A DNA stretch of 64,000 bases from an uncultured Bacteroidales bacterium (GCA_964488495.1 CAZAUQ010000002.1:14486-78485); one strand, 5' to 3'. Positions 10,120 to 19,638 are shown, counted from the stretch's first letter. Program-made: numbers and translations. Notes: generated from the letters alone by a model not told the origin.

Positions 10120-11463
10120 ATGAAAACGATTTGTTTTTATTTTCAGATTCACCAACCTTTTCGTCTTAAGCGATACCGCTTTTTTGATATAGGTGCAGAT
10201 CATTATTATTATGACGATTTCACCAACGAGCAAATACTTCAACGTATTGCCAACAATTCCTTTTTACCCGCCAATCAGATTATTTACGATTTGATTCAGG
10301 CAAGCGAAGGGAAATTCCGTGTGGCTTTTTCCATTTCAGGTGTAGCGTTGGATCAACTGGAGCAATACGCTCCCGAAGTCATCGAAAGTTTTCGGAAATT
10401 AGCTAAAACCGATGCTGTTGAATTTCTCTGCGAAACCTATGCACATTCATTGTCTTCCGTTATAGATGAAAAGGAATTTAAAGATCAGGTCACTCAACAC
10501 CGCAAACGTATTGAGGTCTTATTTGGCCAAAAACCCAAAACCTTTAGAAACACCGAATTGGTCTATTCCGACGATTTAGGAGAATTGATCTATTCCATGG
10601 GTTACAAAACCATTATTGCAGAGGGAGCTAAAACGGTGCTGGGATGGAAAAGCCCCAATTTTGTCTACCACAGTGCCTTGAATCCCAACCTGAAACTCTT
10701 GTTGAAAAACGATAAACTGAGCGACGATATCACTTTCCGTTTTTCCAATTACAACTGGAGCGAATATCCCCTGGTGGCTGAGAAGTTTATCGACTGGATT
10801 CACAAAACCCCTGAAAATGAGCAGGTAATCAATTTATTTATGAATTATGAAACCTTTGGCAACCTCCAGCCCAAAGAAAGCGGCATTTTTGAGTTTCTTA
10901 AAGCCTTGCCCAAGTATGCTTTTGAAAAAGGGATAGAGTTTTCGACACCTTCCGAGGTCAGCGGACTGGTAAAAGCAACAGGCCCTATCAGCGTTCCCAA
11001 TCCCACTTCCTGGGCAGACGAAGAAAGAGATTTAAACGCCTGGCTGGGGAACGACCTTCAGCAGGAAGCATTCAACAAACTCTACAGTATAGCCGAAAGA
11101 GTGCGGATGAGCAAAGACCGCCGCTTGCACCTGGACTGGAATTACCTGCAGACCAGCGATCATTTTTATTATATGAGCACAAAAAGCTTTTCGGATGGCG
11201 GATTGTATCGATATTTCAGCCCCTACGAGACCCCCTTTGAGGCTTTTATTAACTATATGAATGTACTGAGCGATTTCATGGAGCGTGTAGAGGCCCAGTT
11301 CCCTTCGTCGGTGGGGAACGAGGAATTAAATTCTTTGCTGACTACCATACAAAACCAGGAGCTTAAAATCGCCGATCTCGAAAAGCAATTAAAAAAATAC
11401 AAAAAGGGAAACCACACTGACAATTCCCAGGGAACAGTAAAAAAGGGAAATTCCGCAAAATAG
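10120..11463 (+). CDS. GH57-family alpha-glucan-active enzyme (alpha-amylase / branching-enzyme family)
   Basis: The 447-aa product begins MKTICFYFQIHQPFRLKRY; the HQP block is characteristic of GH57. It ends in a Lys-rich, coiled-coil-like C-terminal tail. Confidence 0.75.
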   Translation: MKTICFYFQIHQPFRLKRYRFFDIGADHYYYDDFTNEQILQRIANNSFLPANQIIYDLIQASEGKFRVAFSISGVALDQLEQYAPEVIESFRKLAKTDAVEFLCETYAHSLSSVIDEKEFKDQVTQHRKRIEVLFGQKPKTFRNTELVYSDDLGELIYSMGYKTIIAEGAKTVLGWKSPNFVYHSALNPNLKLLLKNDKLSDDITFRFSNYNWSEYPLVAEKFIDWIHKTPENEQVINLFMNYETFGNLQPKESGIFEFLKALPKYAFEKGIEFSTPSEVSGLVKATGPISVPNPTSWADEERDLNAWLGNDLQQEAFNKLYSIAERVRMSKDRRLHLDWNYLQTSDHFYYMSTKSFSDGGLYRYFSPYETPFEAFINYMNVLSDFMERVEAQFPSSVGNEELNSLLTTIQNQELKIADLEKQLKKYKKGNHTDNSQGTVKKGNSAK

Positions 11464-11489
11464 TAAAGAAGCAGCTACAACCGAAAGCA

Positions 11490-12038
11490 TCAACTATTGC
11501 TTATCACTCGTTGAACCGGGATGTCCCAGACCTCAACAGGCAGGTTTTCAAGGTAGCGGTAAGCAAAACACAAGCCAAACACGGGGCATTGTAGTTGGCC
11601 CAGAAAACGATCGTAATAAGCTTTGCCCCTTCCCAGCCTGTAGCCTCGTTTATCGAAGGCCAGTCCGGGAATTACAGCCAGATCTATTTTTTCGTAAGCA
11701 TTGAAATCTTTACCCTGAGGTTCGGAAATCCCCCAGCGGTTCTGCAGCATGTTTCTGTTGCCGGTATAAGAGCGCAAAACCATTGTTTTGTCATCAACTA
11801 TTACAGGAAGCAGGATGCTCTTGTTTTTGTAATAGCCCTGAATTAATTCCTGGGTGTTTACTTCGTCTGGCAGGGCATAATACAACAAAATAGTTTCAGC
11901 TTTTATAAATTCAGGGGTCAATTCCAGTCTGTTACAAATAAGTCTGGATTCTTTTTTGAGCTCCGCAGGATCTTGTTGTTTTGCCAGCAAGCGCAGAGTT
12001 TTTCTCAGCTGTTCTTTTTGCCTGGCCGGACTAATCAT
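11490..12038 (-). CDS. 5-formyltetrahydrofolate cyclo-ligase
   Basis: The 182-aa product carries GLAFDKRGYRLGRGKAYYDRFL, the MTHFS signature block. Confidence 0.85.
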   Translation of the reverse strand: MISPARQKEQLRKTLRLLAKQQDPAELKKESRLICNRLELTPEFIKAETILLYYALPDEVNTQELIQGYYKNKSILLPVIVDDKTMVLRSYTGNRNMLQNRWGISEPQGKDFNAYEKIDLAVIPGLAFDKRGYRLGRGKAYYDRFLGQLQCPVFGLCFAYRYLENLPVEVWDIPVQRVISNS

Positions 12039-12043
12039 TGTAT

Positions 12044-13681
12044 TTAGTGTTTTTGCTCTGCTGTATCCGTGGCAACATTTACCCCTTGGTCCAGGATAAG
12101 CGAAATGGCTTTGTTGAGTGTGATATCTTTTTCTTGCAAAAGCATCCAGAAGGCATCTTCTCCCAGAATATTACGTGCGATATAAGCATAAATCTGAGTA
12201 GCGGCCAATTCTTTGGATTCGGAGATTTGTTCCGGCTTTTTTGGAAAGCCTTGTGCTGCAGTAAAATCAACAAAGTTTTCGAAGACTCTTTGCTCCTGTA
12301 AGTAAGCTTTTAGGGCGGCAGGAGTTTTCAAAGCCACTAACTGCTCACGGTGGTGATCGGCGTAGTTGGCCGCAAAGTTGTAAGGTAACATTTGGTTGAA
12401 CACTGTATTGTACCATTCACTGTTACCGGTGGTGTCTATGGGCACAAAGAAATCGGGCATTATGCCTCCGCCACCATACACCAAACGTCCACCCTTGGTT
12501 TCATATATTAGGCTGTCACTCAGTTGAATGCTATCGCGGGAGTCGAATTCTCCCCGCATGTAGCGATTCACCAAATCCATCTCGTACTCTTCGAAATCAC
12601 CCTTTTCGAAAGGTTTTTGAATATTGCGCCCCGAAGGTACGTAGTAATGCGCCACAGTCAGGCGGATGGCAGAGCCGTCTTTAAATGGAATTTGTTGCTG
12701 AACCAGGCCTTTCCCGTAAGATCTGCGCCCGACAATGTAACCCCTGTCGTTGTCCTGTATGGCTCCGGCCACAATCTCACTCGAGGAGGCGGCCCATTCA
12801 TCCATTAACACAATAAGCGGAGTATTCTGGCAAGAGCCTCTGCCGTCAGAATAACTCTCTTCTCTTTTGTAGGCCTTGCCTTCTACGTACAACATCAGGC
12901 TGTTGCGGGGCAAAAACTCGTTCAGAATAGCCAGAGCAGGTCCCATTAATCCTCCGGGATTGCCTCTGAGGTCCAGAATAACACGGTCGCAATTGTCCTG
13001 AGCCTGCATTTTACTGATAACAGACAAGAACTCATTGTAGGTGGTTCTGGTAAATTTACCGAGTTTAATGTAGGCAATGTTTTCTCCTATCTTGTAAGAG
13101 GCATCGATGCTGGTTACCGGAATGTCGTCGCGGGTAAGGTTAAAACTGAGTTCCTGGCCGGCGTTTCTTCTTAAGACACCTACTTTGACCTTGGTGTTTT
13201 TTTCGCCTCTCAGAGTTTTCATCACGCGTTCGTTAGTGATTGTCGAACCCACAAAACTACTGTCGTTAATACTGACAATCATATCACCCGCCCTGAGGCC
13301 GGCTTGCTCGGCGGGACCCCCCGTGATGACGGCAACCACTCGTATAGTGTCTTCCCGTATATTGAATTGTATGCCCACCCCGCTGAACGAACCTTCGATG
13401 TCTTCGTTGGCTCTTTCCATTTCTTCTGCCGTGATGTAGACCGAGTGGGGGTCCAATTCCAACAATACTTTAGGGATCAGATTTTCTATGAGTTCTTTTT
13501 CGTCTATATCTTCGACGTATTTCGATGAAACGAGGTTGAGTAGCGCGTCCAGTTTGTTAAAACTGACCAGAGAGGGAATGACTTTATTGTTTTGTTGCCT
13601 GAGGGAAACAAAATTACCTATGGTTATACCGATCAGTACAGAAAGAAATATGATAAGAAACAGTTGATACCGGTTTTTCAT
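12044..13681 (-). CDS. S41 family C-terminal processing peptidase (PDZ-containing)
   Basis: It has the PDZ segment GGPAEQAGLRAGDMIVSIN, the blocks DLRGNPGGL and WAASSSEI (Ser nucleophile region), and YGKGLVQ (Lys). An N-terminal membrane anchor is present. Confidence 0.85.
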   Translation of the reverse strand: MKNRYQLFLIIFLSVLIGITIGNFVSLRQQNNKVIPSLVSFNKLDALLNLVSSKYVEDIDEKELIENLIPKVLLELDPHSVYITAEEMERANEDIEGSFSGVGIQFNIREDTIRVVAVITGGPAEQAGLRAGDMIVSINDSSFVGSTITNERVMKTLRGEKNTKVKVGVLRRNAGQELSFNLTRDDIPVTSIDASYKIGENIAYIKLGKFTRTTYNEFLSVISKMQAQDNCDRVILDLRGNPGGLMGPALAILNEFLPRNSLMLYVEGKAYKREESYSDGRGSCQNTPLIVLMDEWAASSSEIVAGAIQDNDRGYIVGRRSYGKGLVQQQIPFKDGSAIRLTVAHYYVPSGRNIQKPFEKGDFEEYEMDLVNRYMRGEFDSRDSIQLSDSLIYETKGGRLVYGGGGIMPDFFVPIDTTGNSEWYNTVFNQMLPYNFAANYADHHREQLVALKTPAALKAYLQEQRVFENFVDFTAAQGFPKKPEQISESKELAATQIYAYIARNILGEDAFWMLLQEKDITLNKAISLILDQGVNVATDTAEQKH

Positions 13682-13705
13682 CGTCGGGCTATGTTGAATA
13701 GTTAA

Positions 13706-14134
13706 TTAAAGCAGGCTTTTATCGCAAAAGCAAACATCGATGCCTGCTCTCTGCAAAAGATTCAAACCGTCTTCGGCATGGTAGGGTTCTCCGTAGACCA
13801 CCCTTACGATACCTGCTTGAATGATCAATTTGGCGCAATCTATACAAGGACAGGCAGTAACATAAATAGTTGATCCCTGGCTGCTGTTGTGCGACCGGGC
13901 TACTTTGGTTATGGCATTGGCTTCTGCGTGCAAAACGTAAGCTTTAGTGTTGCCCTCACCATCTTCGCATATATTTTCAAAACCCGAAGGGGTGCCGTTG
14001 TAACCATCAGAAATAATACGTTTGTCTTTCACCATAAGAGCACCAACCTGCCTGCGTTTACAGTAGGAATTTTCAGCCCAGATCAAGGCCATGCGCATAT
14101 ATCGTTTATCCAGTAAGGCTTGTTTTTCGTCCAT
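13706..14134 (-). CDS. deoxycytidylate (dCMP) deaminase / ComEB-type cytidine-deoxycytidylate deaminase
   Basis: The 142-aa product has the zinc motifs HAEANAI and CPCIDCAKLI. Confidence 0.9.
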   Translation of the reverse strand: MDEKQALLDKRYMRMALIWAENSYCKRRQVGALMVKDKRIISDGYNGTPSGFENICEDGEGNTKAYVLHAEANAITKVARSHNSSQGSTIYVTACPCIDCAKLIIQAGIVRVVYGEPYHAEDGLNLLQRAGIDVCFCDKSLL

Positions 14135-16219
14135 TTATTTTATTCCGTTGCGTTTAAGTAAAGCATCAATACGGGGTTCACGCCCTCTGAATTTCAAATA
14201 AAGCTCCATGGGATCCTGTGTGCCTCCCCTCGAAAGGATGTTTTCGCGGAAAGAAGCTGCCCGTTGGGTGTCGAATACTTCGTTTTCGGTAAAGAATTCA
14301 AAAGCGTCGGCATCGAGTACTTCTGCCCATTTATATCCATAATAACCGGCAGCATAACCTCCCGAGAAGATATGGCTGAAGCCCGTACTCATGCAGGCTT
14401 CCTGAGGTTGCGCCAGCAGAATAACCGAGTTCCAGGCTTGATTTTCGAATTGCCGCACATCCCCTTCGAAGGGTTTTTTAATGCTGTGCCAGCCCATGTC
14501 CAGATAGCCGAAACTCAGCTGACGCAAACAGGCATATCCTACATTGAAATTATCGGAGGCAATTATTTTTTCGATCAGATCGGCAGGTATCTTTTCGCCG
14601 CTTTGGTAATGAACGGCAAAGGTATTCAGAAATTCTTGCCTGGTGGCCCAGTTTTCCATTATTTGTGAAGGCAACTCCACAAAATCCCGGTAAACGTTGG
14701 TGCCTGCCAGCGAGGCGTAGGTGGTGTTTGAAAGCATTCCGTGCAGGGCATGACCAAATTCGTGCATGAAGGTGGTTACTTCATCAAAAGTGAGCAGGGA
14801 AGGCTTTTCGGTGGTAGAGGGAGTGAAATTGGTAGTCAACGTAATATGGGGCCGGATATCCTTGTTTTTGATTTTATGCTGGGCTTTAATATCACTCATC
14901 CAGGCTCCGGAGCGTTTGCTTGCTCTGGGGTGGAAATCAGTATAAAGAACAGCCAGGAAAGAACCATCTTTGTCGAAGACTTCGTACGCGGTCACCTCCT
15001 CATGCCAGACCTGGATCTTGTCGTTTTTCTCGAAACGTAGACCGTATAATTTAGTGGCCAGCCCAAAGACGCCTTCAATGACATTATCCAACTTAAAGTA
15101 GGGTTTGAGCATTTCGTCGTTGAGGTCAAACTGCAGATCTTTGAGTTTTTGGGAATAATACGACCAATCCCAGGCTTCCAGTTTAATGAAGTTTTTCTCA
15201 TATCCCAGGGCAAATCCCTGCAGAGCCGAAAGCTCTCTTTGTCCCAGGGGCAAATAGGCTTCTCTGAGCTGATCCAGCAGGTTGTAAACGGTTTCCGGAT
15301 TTTTAGTCATCCTTCTGCGCAGCACATAAGAGGCATAGTCGGGATAGCCAAAAAGGCCGGCCATTTCGAGACGGGCATTGACGATATCCCGGATAATGGA
15401 TTGGTTGTTGAATTCTCCCTCCAGGCCCCTGCTCATGTAAGCCCGGTAGATTTCTTCGCGAAGTTCCCGATTGTCGGCATACTTCAAAAATGCGCCGTAA
15501 CTGGGTGCAGAGAGATCAAAAAGCCAGCCTTCCAGGCCTTTGGCTTTAGCTTTTTCGGCAGCAATGCTTAATACATCTTCGGGAATGCCGGACAATAATT
15601 CTTTATCGGTAAATACTTTTGAGTAGGCATTGGTGGCTTTCAATACATTTTGTCCGAAATTCAGGCTAAGCTTATTCAGTTTGGTGCTCAGTTCCCGGTA
15701 TTTTTCCCGGTTGGCACCTTCCAGTGTGGCTCCGCTGTCCAGGAAGTCCATATAAGTTTCCCAAAGCAGGCGGCTTTGTTCTGTATTCAGGTTAAGGTTT
15801 TCCCTGTTGTCGTAAACTGTTTTGATTCTCTGGTACAGAGTTTCATTCAGAACTATATTGTTGTAATGTTCGGACAACATGGGCGAAATCTGCTGAGATA
15901 AATCCATCAGCTCATCAGTGGTCTGGTTGTTGAGCAAGGTATAATAGACTGCCGACACTTTGTCGAGTAATTCACCGGAGCGTTCCAGCGCTTCGATGGT
16001 ATTTTCGAAAGATGCACGCTCTTTGTTGGCAGTAATTTTTTGAATTTCGTTATCGTGTATGCGTATAGCTTCCTGATAAGCAGGCAGAATATGTTCTATG
16101 GTTACTTCCCGGAAAGGGGCAGTCTCATGCAGGGTTTTGTATTTTCCCAAAAAAGGATTGGAGGCCTGAAGACCAATAACGGTCAGCGTTGTCATAATAA
16201 AAAATAATTTAGTTCTCAT
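14135..16219 (-). CDS. dcp: M3 family peptidyl-dipeptidase (Dcp-like), secreted
   Basis: The 694-aa product has the HEFGHALH zinc motif, M3-typical length and an N-terminal signal peptide. It directly abuts the previous gene with 0 nt between them. Confidence 0.88.
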   Translation of the reverse strand: MRTKLFFIMTTLTVIGLQASNPFLGKYKTLHETAPFREVTIEHILPAYQEAIRIHDNEIQKITANKERASFENTIEALERSGELLDKVSAVYYTLLNNQTTDELMDLSQQISPMLSEHYNNIVLNETLYQRIKTVYDNRENLNLNTEQSRLLWETYMDFLDSGATLEGANREKYRELSTKLNKLSLNFGQNVLKATNAYSKVFTDKELLSGIPEDVLSIAAEKAKAKGLEGWLFDLSAPSYGAFLKYADNRELREEIYRAYMSRGLEGEFNNQSIIRDIVNARLEMAGLFGYPDYASYVLRRRMTKNPETVYNLLDQLREAYLPLGQRELSALQGFALGYEKNFIKLEAWDWSYYSQKLKDLQFDLNDEMLKPYFKLDNVIEGVFGLATKLYGLRFEKNDKIQVWHEEVTAYEVFDKDGSFLAVLYTDFHPRASKRSGAWMSDIKAQHKIKNKDIRPHITLTTNFTPSTTEKPSLLTFDEVTTFMHEFGHALHGMLSNTTYASLAGTNVYRDFVELPSQIMENWATRQEFLNTFAVHYQSGEKIPADLIEKIIASDNFNVGYACLRQLSFGYLDMGWHSIKKPFEGDVRQFENQAWNSVILLAQPQEACMSTGFSHIFSGGYAAGYYGYKWAEVLDADAFEFFTENEVFDTQRAASFRENILSRGGTQDPMELYLKFRGREPRIDALLKRNGIK

Positions 16220-16341
16220 CTGGTCAATTCTTTCTGTCTTGTCCTATTAAATTTTTTAGTAACAGTAGTTTTGTGACTGCTTCCGGGATTGTTTTGGAAG
16301 CAGCGTAAAATGGAAAAGGAATGAGTTTATTGGTGCCGGAT

Positions 16342-16740
16342 TCATGCAATCAGATCCGAAATCAAATCGAGATAATTGCATAATACGGTTTGATTGTTGC
16401 GCATTAAAAACAGTAAGGACTTTCTGTCTATCTGCATAATGCTGCAATTATCCAAGGCTTTGACACTAACAGGCATTTGGCGGTTCTGCCCGAATAAACG
16501 GGAAAAAACGATCAATTCCGGCCCTTGTGCAATGCGTTTTTTCTTTTGTTCGTTTTCGAGTTCCACTTTGCCGTCCAGCAAAAAGATCAGATTCTCGCAA
16601 ACGGTATCTTTGTTAAAGAGAAGATCACCGGTGCTAAAGTTGTCGAAGTCGAGGCTGACTTTGGTCAAAAGCGGGAACAACTCATCCATACTCATTCCCT
16701 TAAATAAAGGGTATTTTAAAAAAAGTTCAAATCTTGACAT
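16342..16740 (-). CDS. stand-alone cyclic-nucleotide-binding (Crp/Fnr effector-type) domain protein without an HTH
   Basis: The 132-aa product begins FLKYPLFKGMSMDELFPLLTKV...FSTGDLLFNKDTVCENLIFLLDGKVEL, a typical cNMP-binding beta-roll start. The ORF ends after the C-helix, and only 122 bp remain before dcp. Confidence 0.6.
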   Translation of the reverse strand: MSRFELFLKYPLFKGMSMDELFPLLTKVSLDFDNFSTGDLLFNKDTVCENLIFLLDGKVELENEQKKKRIAQGPELIVFSRLFGQNRQMPVSVKALDNCSIMQIDRKSLLFLMRNNQTVLCNYLDLISDLIA

Positions 16741-16804
16741 CTTGCGTTTTTTTTGAGTATAAATAATTCCTTTGCGAAAATACTCAAGATTTCTGAAAAT
16801 ACGC

Positions 16805-16812
16805 TACTTTTG
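16805..16812 (+). promoter_or_regulatory. -7 box (TACTTTTG) for the MarC-family gene
   Basis: This is a perfect TAnnTTTG match 15 nt upstream of ATG 16828. It lies inside the track ORF that starts at 16753, so I use 16828. Confidence 0.55.
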
Positions 16813-16827
16813 CAAAAATTAATAGCC

Positions 16828-17415
16828 ATGGAATTCAATTTAAAAGAGATATTAAGTGCATTCACGGTTTTATTTGCTATTATCGATATCGTTGGGTCCA
16901 TTCCGATCATCATTGATTTACAGAATAAACCAGGAGGAGTTCCGGCATTAAAAATTTCTTTGATTTCTTTTGCCCTGTTGATTGCCTTTTTCTTTTTAGG
17001 CGACGGAGTGCTTGCTTTGTTTGGTGTGAATATCTCTTCTTTCGCGGTTGCCGGTGCAATTGTGATTTTTGCCGTGGCCGCCGAAATGATTTTCGATATC
17101 GAAGTATTTCGCTACAAAGGCCCGTCCGAAGTTTCTTCTATTGTGCCTTTGGTGTTTCCTCTTATTGTAGGTGCCGGATCTTTCACAACCATGCTTTCTT
17201 TGAAGGCTGAATTTCAAACAATTAATATTGTAATAGCCCTTTTCCTTAATATTGTAGTTGTCTTTTTGGTCCTAAAGGGAATTAAACGAATCGAAAAAAT
17301 CATTGGCCATGCCGGTATTTATATTATTCGAAAATTCTTCGGGATTATTTTGCTGGCCATTTCGGTAAAATTATTTACTGCCAACCTGGAAGGCTTACTA
17401 AATCAACTCAAATAA
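16828..17415 (+). CDS. MarC/UPF0056 family integral membrane protein
   Basis: The N-terminus is MEFNLKEILSAFTVLFAIIDIVGSIPIII. About six hydrophobic segments and the length of about 195 aa are typical of the MarC family. Confidence 0.75.
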   Translation: MEFNLKEILSAFTVLFAIIDIVGSIPIIIDLQNKPGGVPALKISLISFALLIAFFFLGDGVLALFGVNISSFAVAGAIVIFAVAAEMIFDIEVFRYKGPSEVSSIVPLVFPLIVGAGSFTTMLSLKAEFQTINIVIALFLNIVVVFLVLKGIKRIEKIIGHAGIYIIRKFFGIILLAISVKLFTANLEGLLNQLK

Positions 17416-17426
17416 AACCATGGAAA

Positions 17427-17717
17427 TCAATGCAGCACCAGATTTTTAACTGCCGGGCTGCCAATTTTTTCGTTCAGGCGCTTAATCAACTGAGGCCTGA
17501 TAAGCATAAGTTCATTGCGGATAATGGCCGATTTGACGTGGACGTGCAAGACGGAATTTTTGAAATACAAATTGTTCGTGTGTTCAGCCAAGGCTTTGCC
17601 AACAACCTCTGGCCATAGCCTGATGGCTGCCGTTTCGTTCAGTTTGCCTTCGAGATGCTGATTTTTGAGCACTTCGCTGAGCACTTCTGCCAGACTTTGG
17701 GTGTTCTTCCTGCGCAT
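17427..17717 (-). CDS. DUF721-type small protein (DciA-family-like), downstream of recF
   Basis: The 96-aa product contains LAEVLSEVLK...IRLWPEVVGKALAEHT...VLHVHVKSAIIRNEL, which resembles DUF721. Its position right after recF is the classic context. Confidence 0.6.
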   Translation of the reverse strand: MRRKNTQSLAEVLSEVLKNQHLEGKLNETAAIRLWPEVVGKALAEHTNNLYFKNSVLHVHVKSAIIRNELMLIRPQLIKRLNEKIGSPAVKNLVLH

Positions 17718-17724
17718 AGTGTAC

Positions 17725-18825
17725 TTATTCTGTAGGACAGATGCAGGCGTTTTCTATGTGAAAAACTCGAAAATCCTTACCGTTGGCCTGCAAAATCATG
17801 TTCAGGTGCTCCCGGTGGGTATCGGTAATAAAAATTTGCCCGAAATCTTCTTTGGAAACCAGTTGAATGATGCGTTCCACCCTTGAAGCATCAAGTTTAT
17901 CGAAGAGGTCGTCGAGCAGAAGAATGGGTTTTTTCTTACCGGCTTGCTTCAGATATTCGTATTGTGCCAGTTTTAAGGCAATCAGGTAACTTTTGTTTTG
18001 TCCCTGAGAGCCTACCCGTTTGATGGGATAGCCGTCGATTTGCATTTCGAGCTCGTCTTTGTGAATACCTTTGGTTGTATAACCAAGAATAATATCTTTT
18101 TCTCTGAACCGCAGAAGCTGTTCTCGAAAATTTCCCTGTTCGAGATGTGAGATATATTGCAGCCCTATACTTTCTCTGCGGTCGGAAACAGCATGGTAAT
18201 AATGTTCAAAAACCGGCTGAAAGGCTGCGATGAATTCCCTGCGTTTTTGAAAAATCAGCTTGGCATAGTCGTTCATGGGAATATCGTACATTTCATAGAG
18301 AGATTCCTCCCGGTTCATCTGCTCGTTTTTCAACAGTGAGTTACGTTGATACAGAGCCTTGTTGTAAGCCATGAGAGCCTCCATATAGGAACGATCAAAT
18401 TGCGAAAGAGCGATATCCATAAATCTTCGGCGTTCATCACTGCCTTCGCGAATCAGATTTTCGTCAGCCGGAGACACAATAACCAAAGGTAAGCGCCCTA
18501 TGTGATCAGATAAGCGTTCATATTCTTTTTTGTTGAATTTGAATACTTTTTTTTGGCGGCGCTTCATGGCGCAATAATATTCTTCCTCTTTGCCCTCAAT
18601 CAGATAACTGCCCTGCAGCATAAAATAATCGGCCTCATGAAAAATATTCTGAGAGTCAACCGGATTGGTATGGCTTTTACAAAACGAAAGATAATGAATG
18701 GCATCCAGGAAATTGGTTTTGCCTACTCCGTTATTGCCAAAAAAACAATTTAAACGTGGAGAGAATTCAATGTTGGCCTCCTGTATATTTTTGTAATTGA
18801 AAATGGATAACTTATGCAGGTACAT
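17725..18825 (-). CDS. recF: DNA replication and repair protein RecF
   Basis: It has Walker A GNNGVGKTNFLDAI, the signature GSQGQNKSYLIALKLAQ and Walker B LLLDDLFDKLD. The start MYLHKLSIFNYKNI at 18825 is preferred because of the promoter box at 18851. Confidence 0.92.
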   Translation of the reverse strand: MYLHKLSIFNYKNIQEANIEFSPRLNCFFGNNGVGKTNFLDAIHYLSFCKSHTNPVDSQNIFHEADYFMLQGSYLIEGKEEEYYCAMKRRQKKVFKFNKKEYERLSDHIGRLPLVIVSPADENLIREGSDERRRFMDIALSQFDRSYMEALMAYNKALYQRNSLLKNEQMNREESLYEMYDIPMNDYAKLIFQKRREFIAAFQPVFEHYYHAVSDRRESIGLQYISHLEQGNFREQLLRFREKDIILGYTTKGIHKDELEMQIDGYPIKRVGSQGQNKSYLIALKLAQYEYLKQAGKKKPILLLDDLFDKLDASRVERIIQLVSKEDFGQIFITDTHREHLNMILQANGKDFRVFHIENACICPTE

Positions 18826-18850
18826 GGACGAGTTTTGGACAAAATGCATA

Positions 18851-18858
18851 CAAAAGTA
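18851..18858 (-). promoter_or_regulatory. -7 box (TACTTTTG) for recF
   Basis: Plus-strand caaaagta lies 25 nt upstream of the ATG at 18825. The longer track start at 18849 would be only 1 nt from the box. Confidence 0.55.
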
Positions 18859-18900
18859 TAAAAAAAATCATGGAAATTTTATTAATAGAACGAAATGCTA

Positions 18901-18908
18901 TACTTTTG
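18901..18908 (+). promoter_or_regulatory. -7 box (TACTTTTG) for the TPR-ribH operon
   Basis: This perfect match lies 34 nt upstream of ATG 18943 and downstream of the track start at 18895. Confidence 0.55.
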
Positions 18909-18942
18909 CACACCAAATTTGTCTTATACAATTATAAAAGAA

Positions 18943-19638
18943 ATGGCTAATAAAAATGCATCCCCAAAAGCCGGTCAAAAAGAAGAACTGCAAAATGTAG
19001 GCGAAGTATTGACCCGTTCGGAACAATTCATAGAAAACAACCAGAAAAACCTTTTGGTAGCCTTGTTGGTTGTCGTAGTAGTGGTAAGTGGCATCATCCT
19101 TTTCAGGAACAGTTTTATGGGGCCTAAAGAAAAAGAAGCCCAGGAAATGATGTTCCGCGGAGAGCAGTACTTTGCAGCTGATTCATTTGAACTGGCTCTT
19201 TATGGCGATGATTATGAATTTATAGGTTTTGAAGGCATCATCGAAAACTACGGCATCACCAAAACCGCCAAACTGGCCTCTGCTTATGCCGGTTTGTGCT
19301 ACAAACACCTGGGAGATTACGAAAAAGCCATCGACAGACTCAGTAAACTCAATGCGGTTGATATTATGGTTTCGCCAGCATTGACCGGAGCAATCGGTGA
19401 TTGTTATGTGGAACTCGATCAATTACAAAAAGCTTTACCCTATTTCGAAAGAGCAGGACAGGCCGACAACAATTTGCTGGCTCCCGTTTATTTAATGAAA
19501 GCGGGCCGTGTTTACGAAGCATTGGGAAAATACGACAAAGCACGCGAAGCATACGAAAAGATCAAAATGAATTTTCCTCTTTCACAAGAAGGCCTGAATA
19601 TTGACAGGTATATCGAAAGAACGAGATTACAGAAATAA
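18943..19638 (+). CDS. membrane-anchored tetratricopeptide-repeat protein
   Basis: It begins MANKNASPK..., followed by the TM segment LLVALLVVVVVVSGIILF. The C-terminal half is TPR-like (AYAGLCYKHLGDYEKAI, AGRVYEALGKYDKAREAYEKI). Its stop overlaps the ribH ATG (TAATG). Confidence 0.55.
   Translation: MANKNASPKAGQKEELQNVGEVLTRSEQFIENNQKNLLVALLVVVVVVSGIILFRNSFMGPKEKEAQEMMFRGEQYFAADSFELALYGDDYEFIGFEGIIENYGITKTAKLASAYAGLCYKHLGDYEKAIDRLSKLNAVDIMVSPALTGAIGDCYVELDQLQKALPYFERAGQADNNLLAPVYLMKAGRVYEALGKYDKAREAYEKIKMNFPLSQEGLNIDRYIERTRLQK

Noticed and set aside
16753-16827. The ORF track gives longest-ORF 5' extensions. Examples are 16753 for MarC, 18849 for recF, 18895 for the TPR protein, 22079 for dnaX, 22780 for the methyltransferase and 35758 for the lipoprotein. 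Others are 41853 and 42619 for GRE and AE, 43982 for GH105, 44980 for GH13, 50013 for GH43, 49972 for PL1, 60477 for LytTR and 6702 for the membrane protein.
   Set aside because: The extensions start at non-ATG codons, overlap the upstream gene, or contain the consensus -7 promoter box itself. Downstream ATGs give canonical N-termini such as signal peptides, lipoboxes and conserved family starts.
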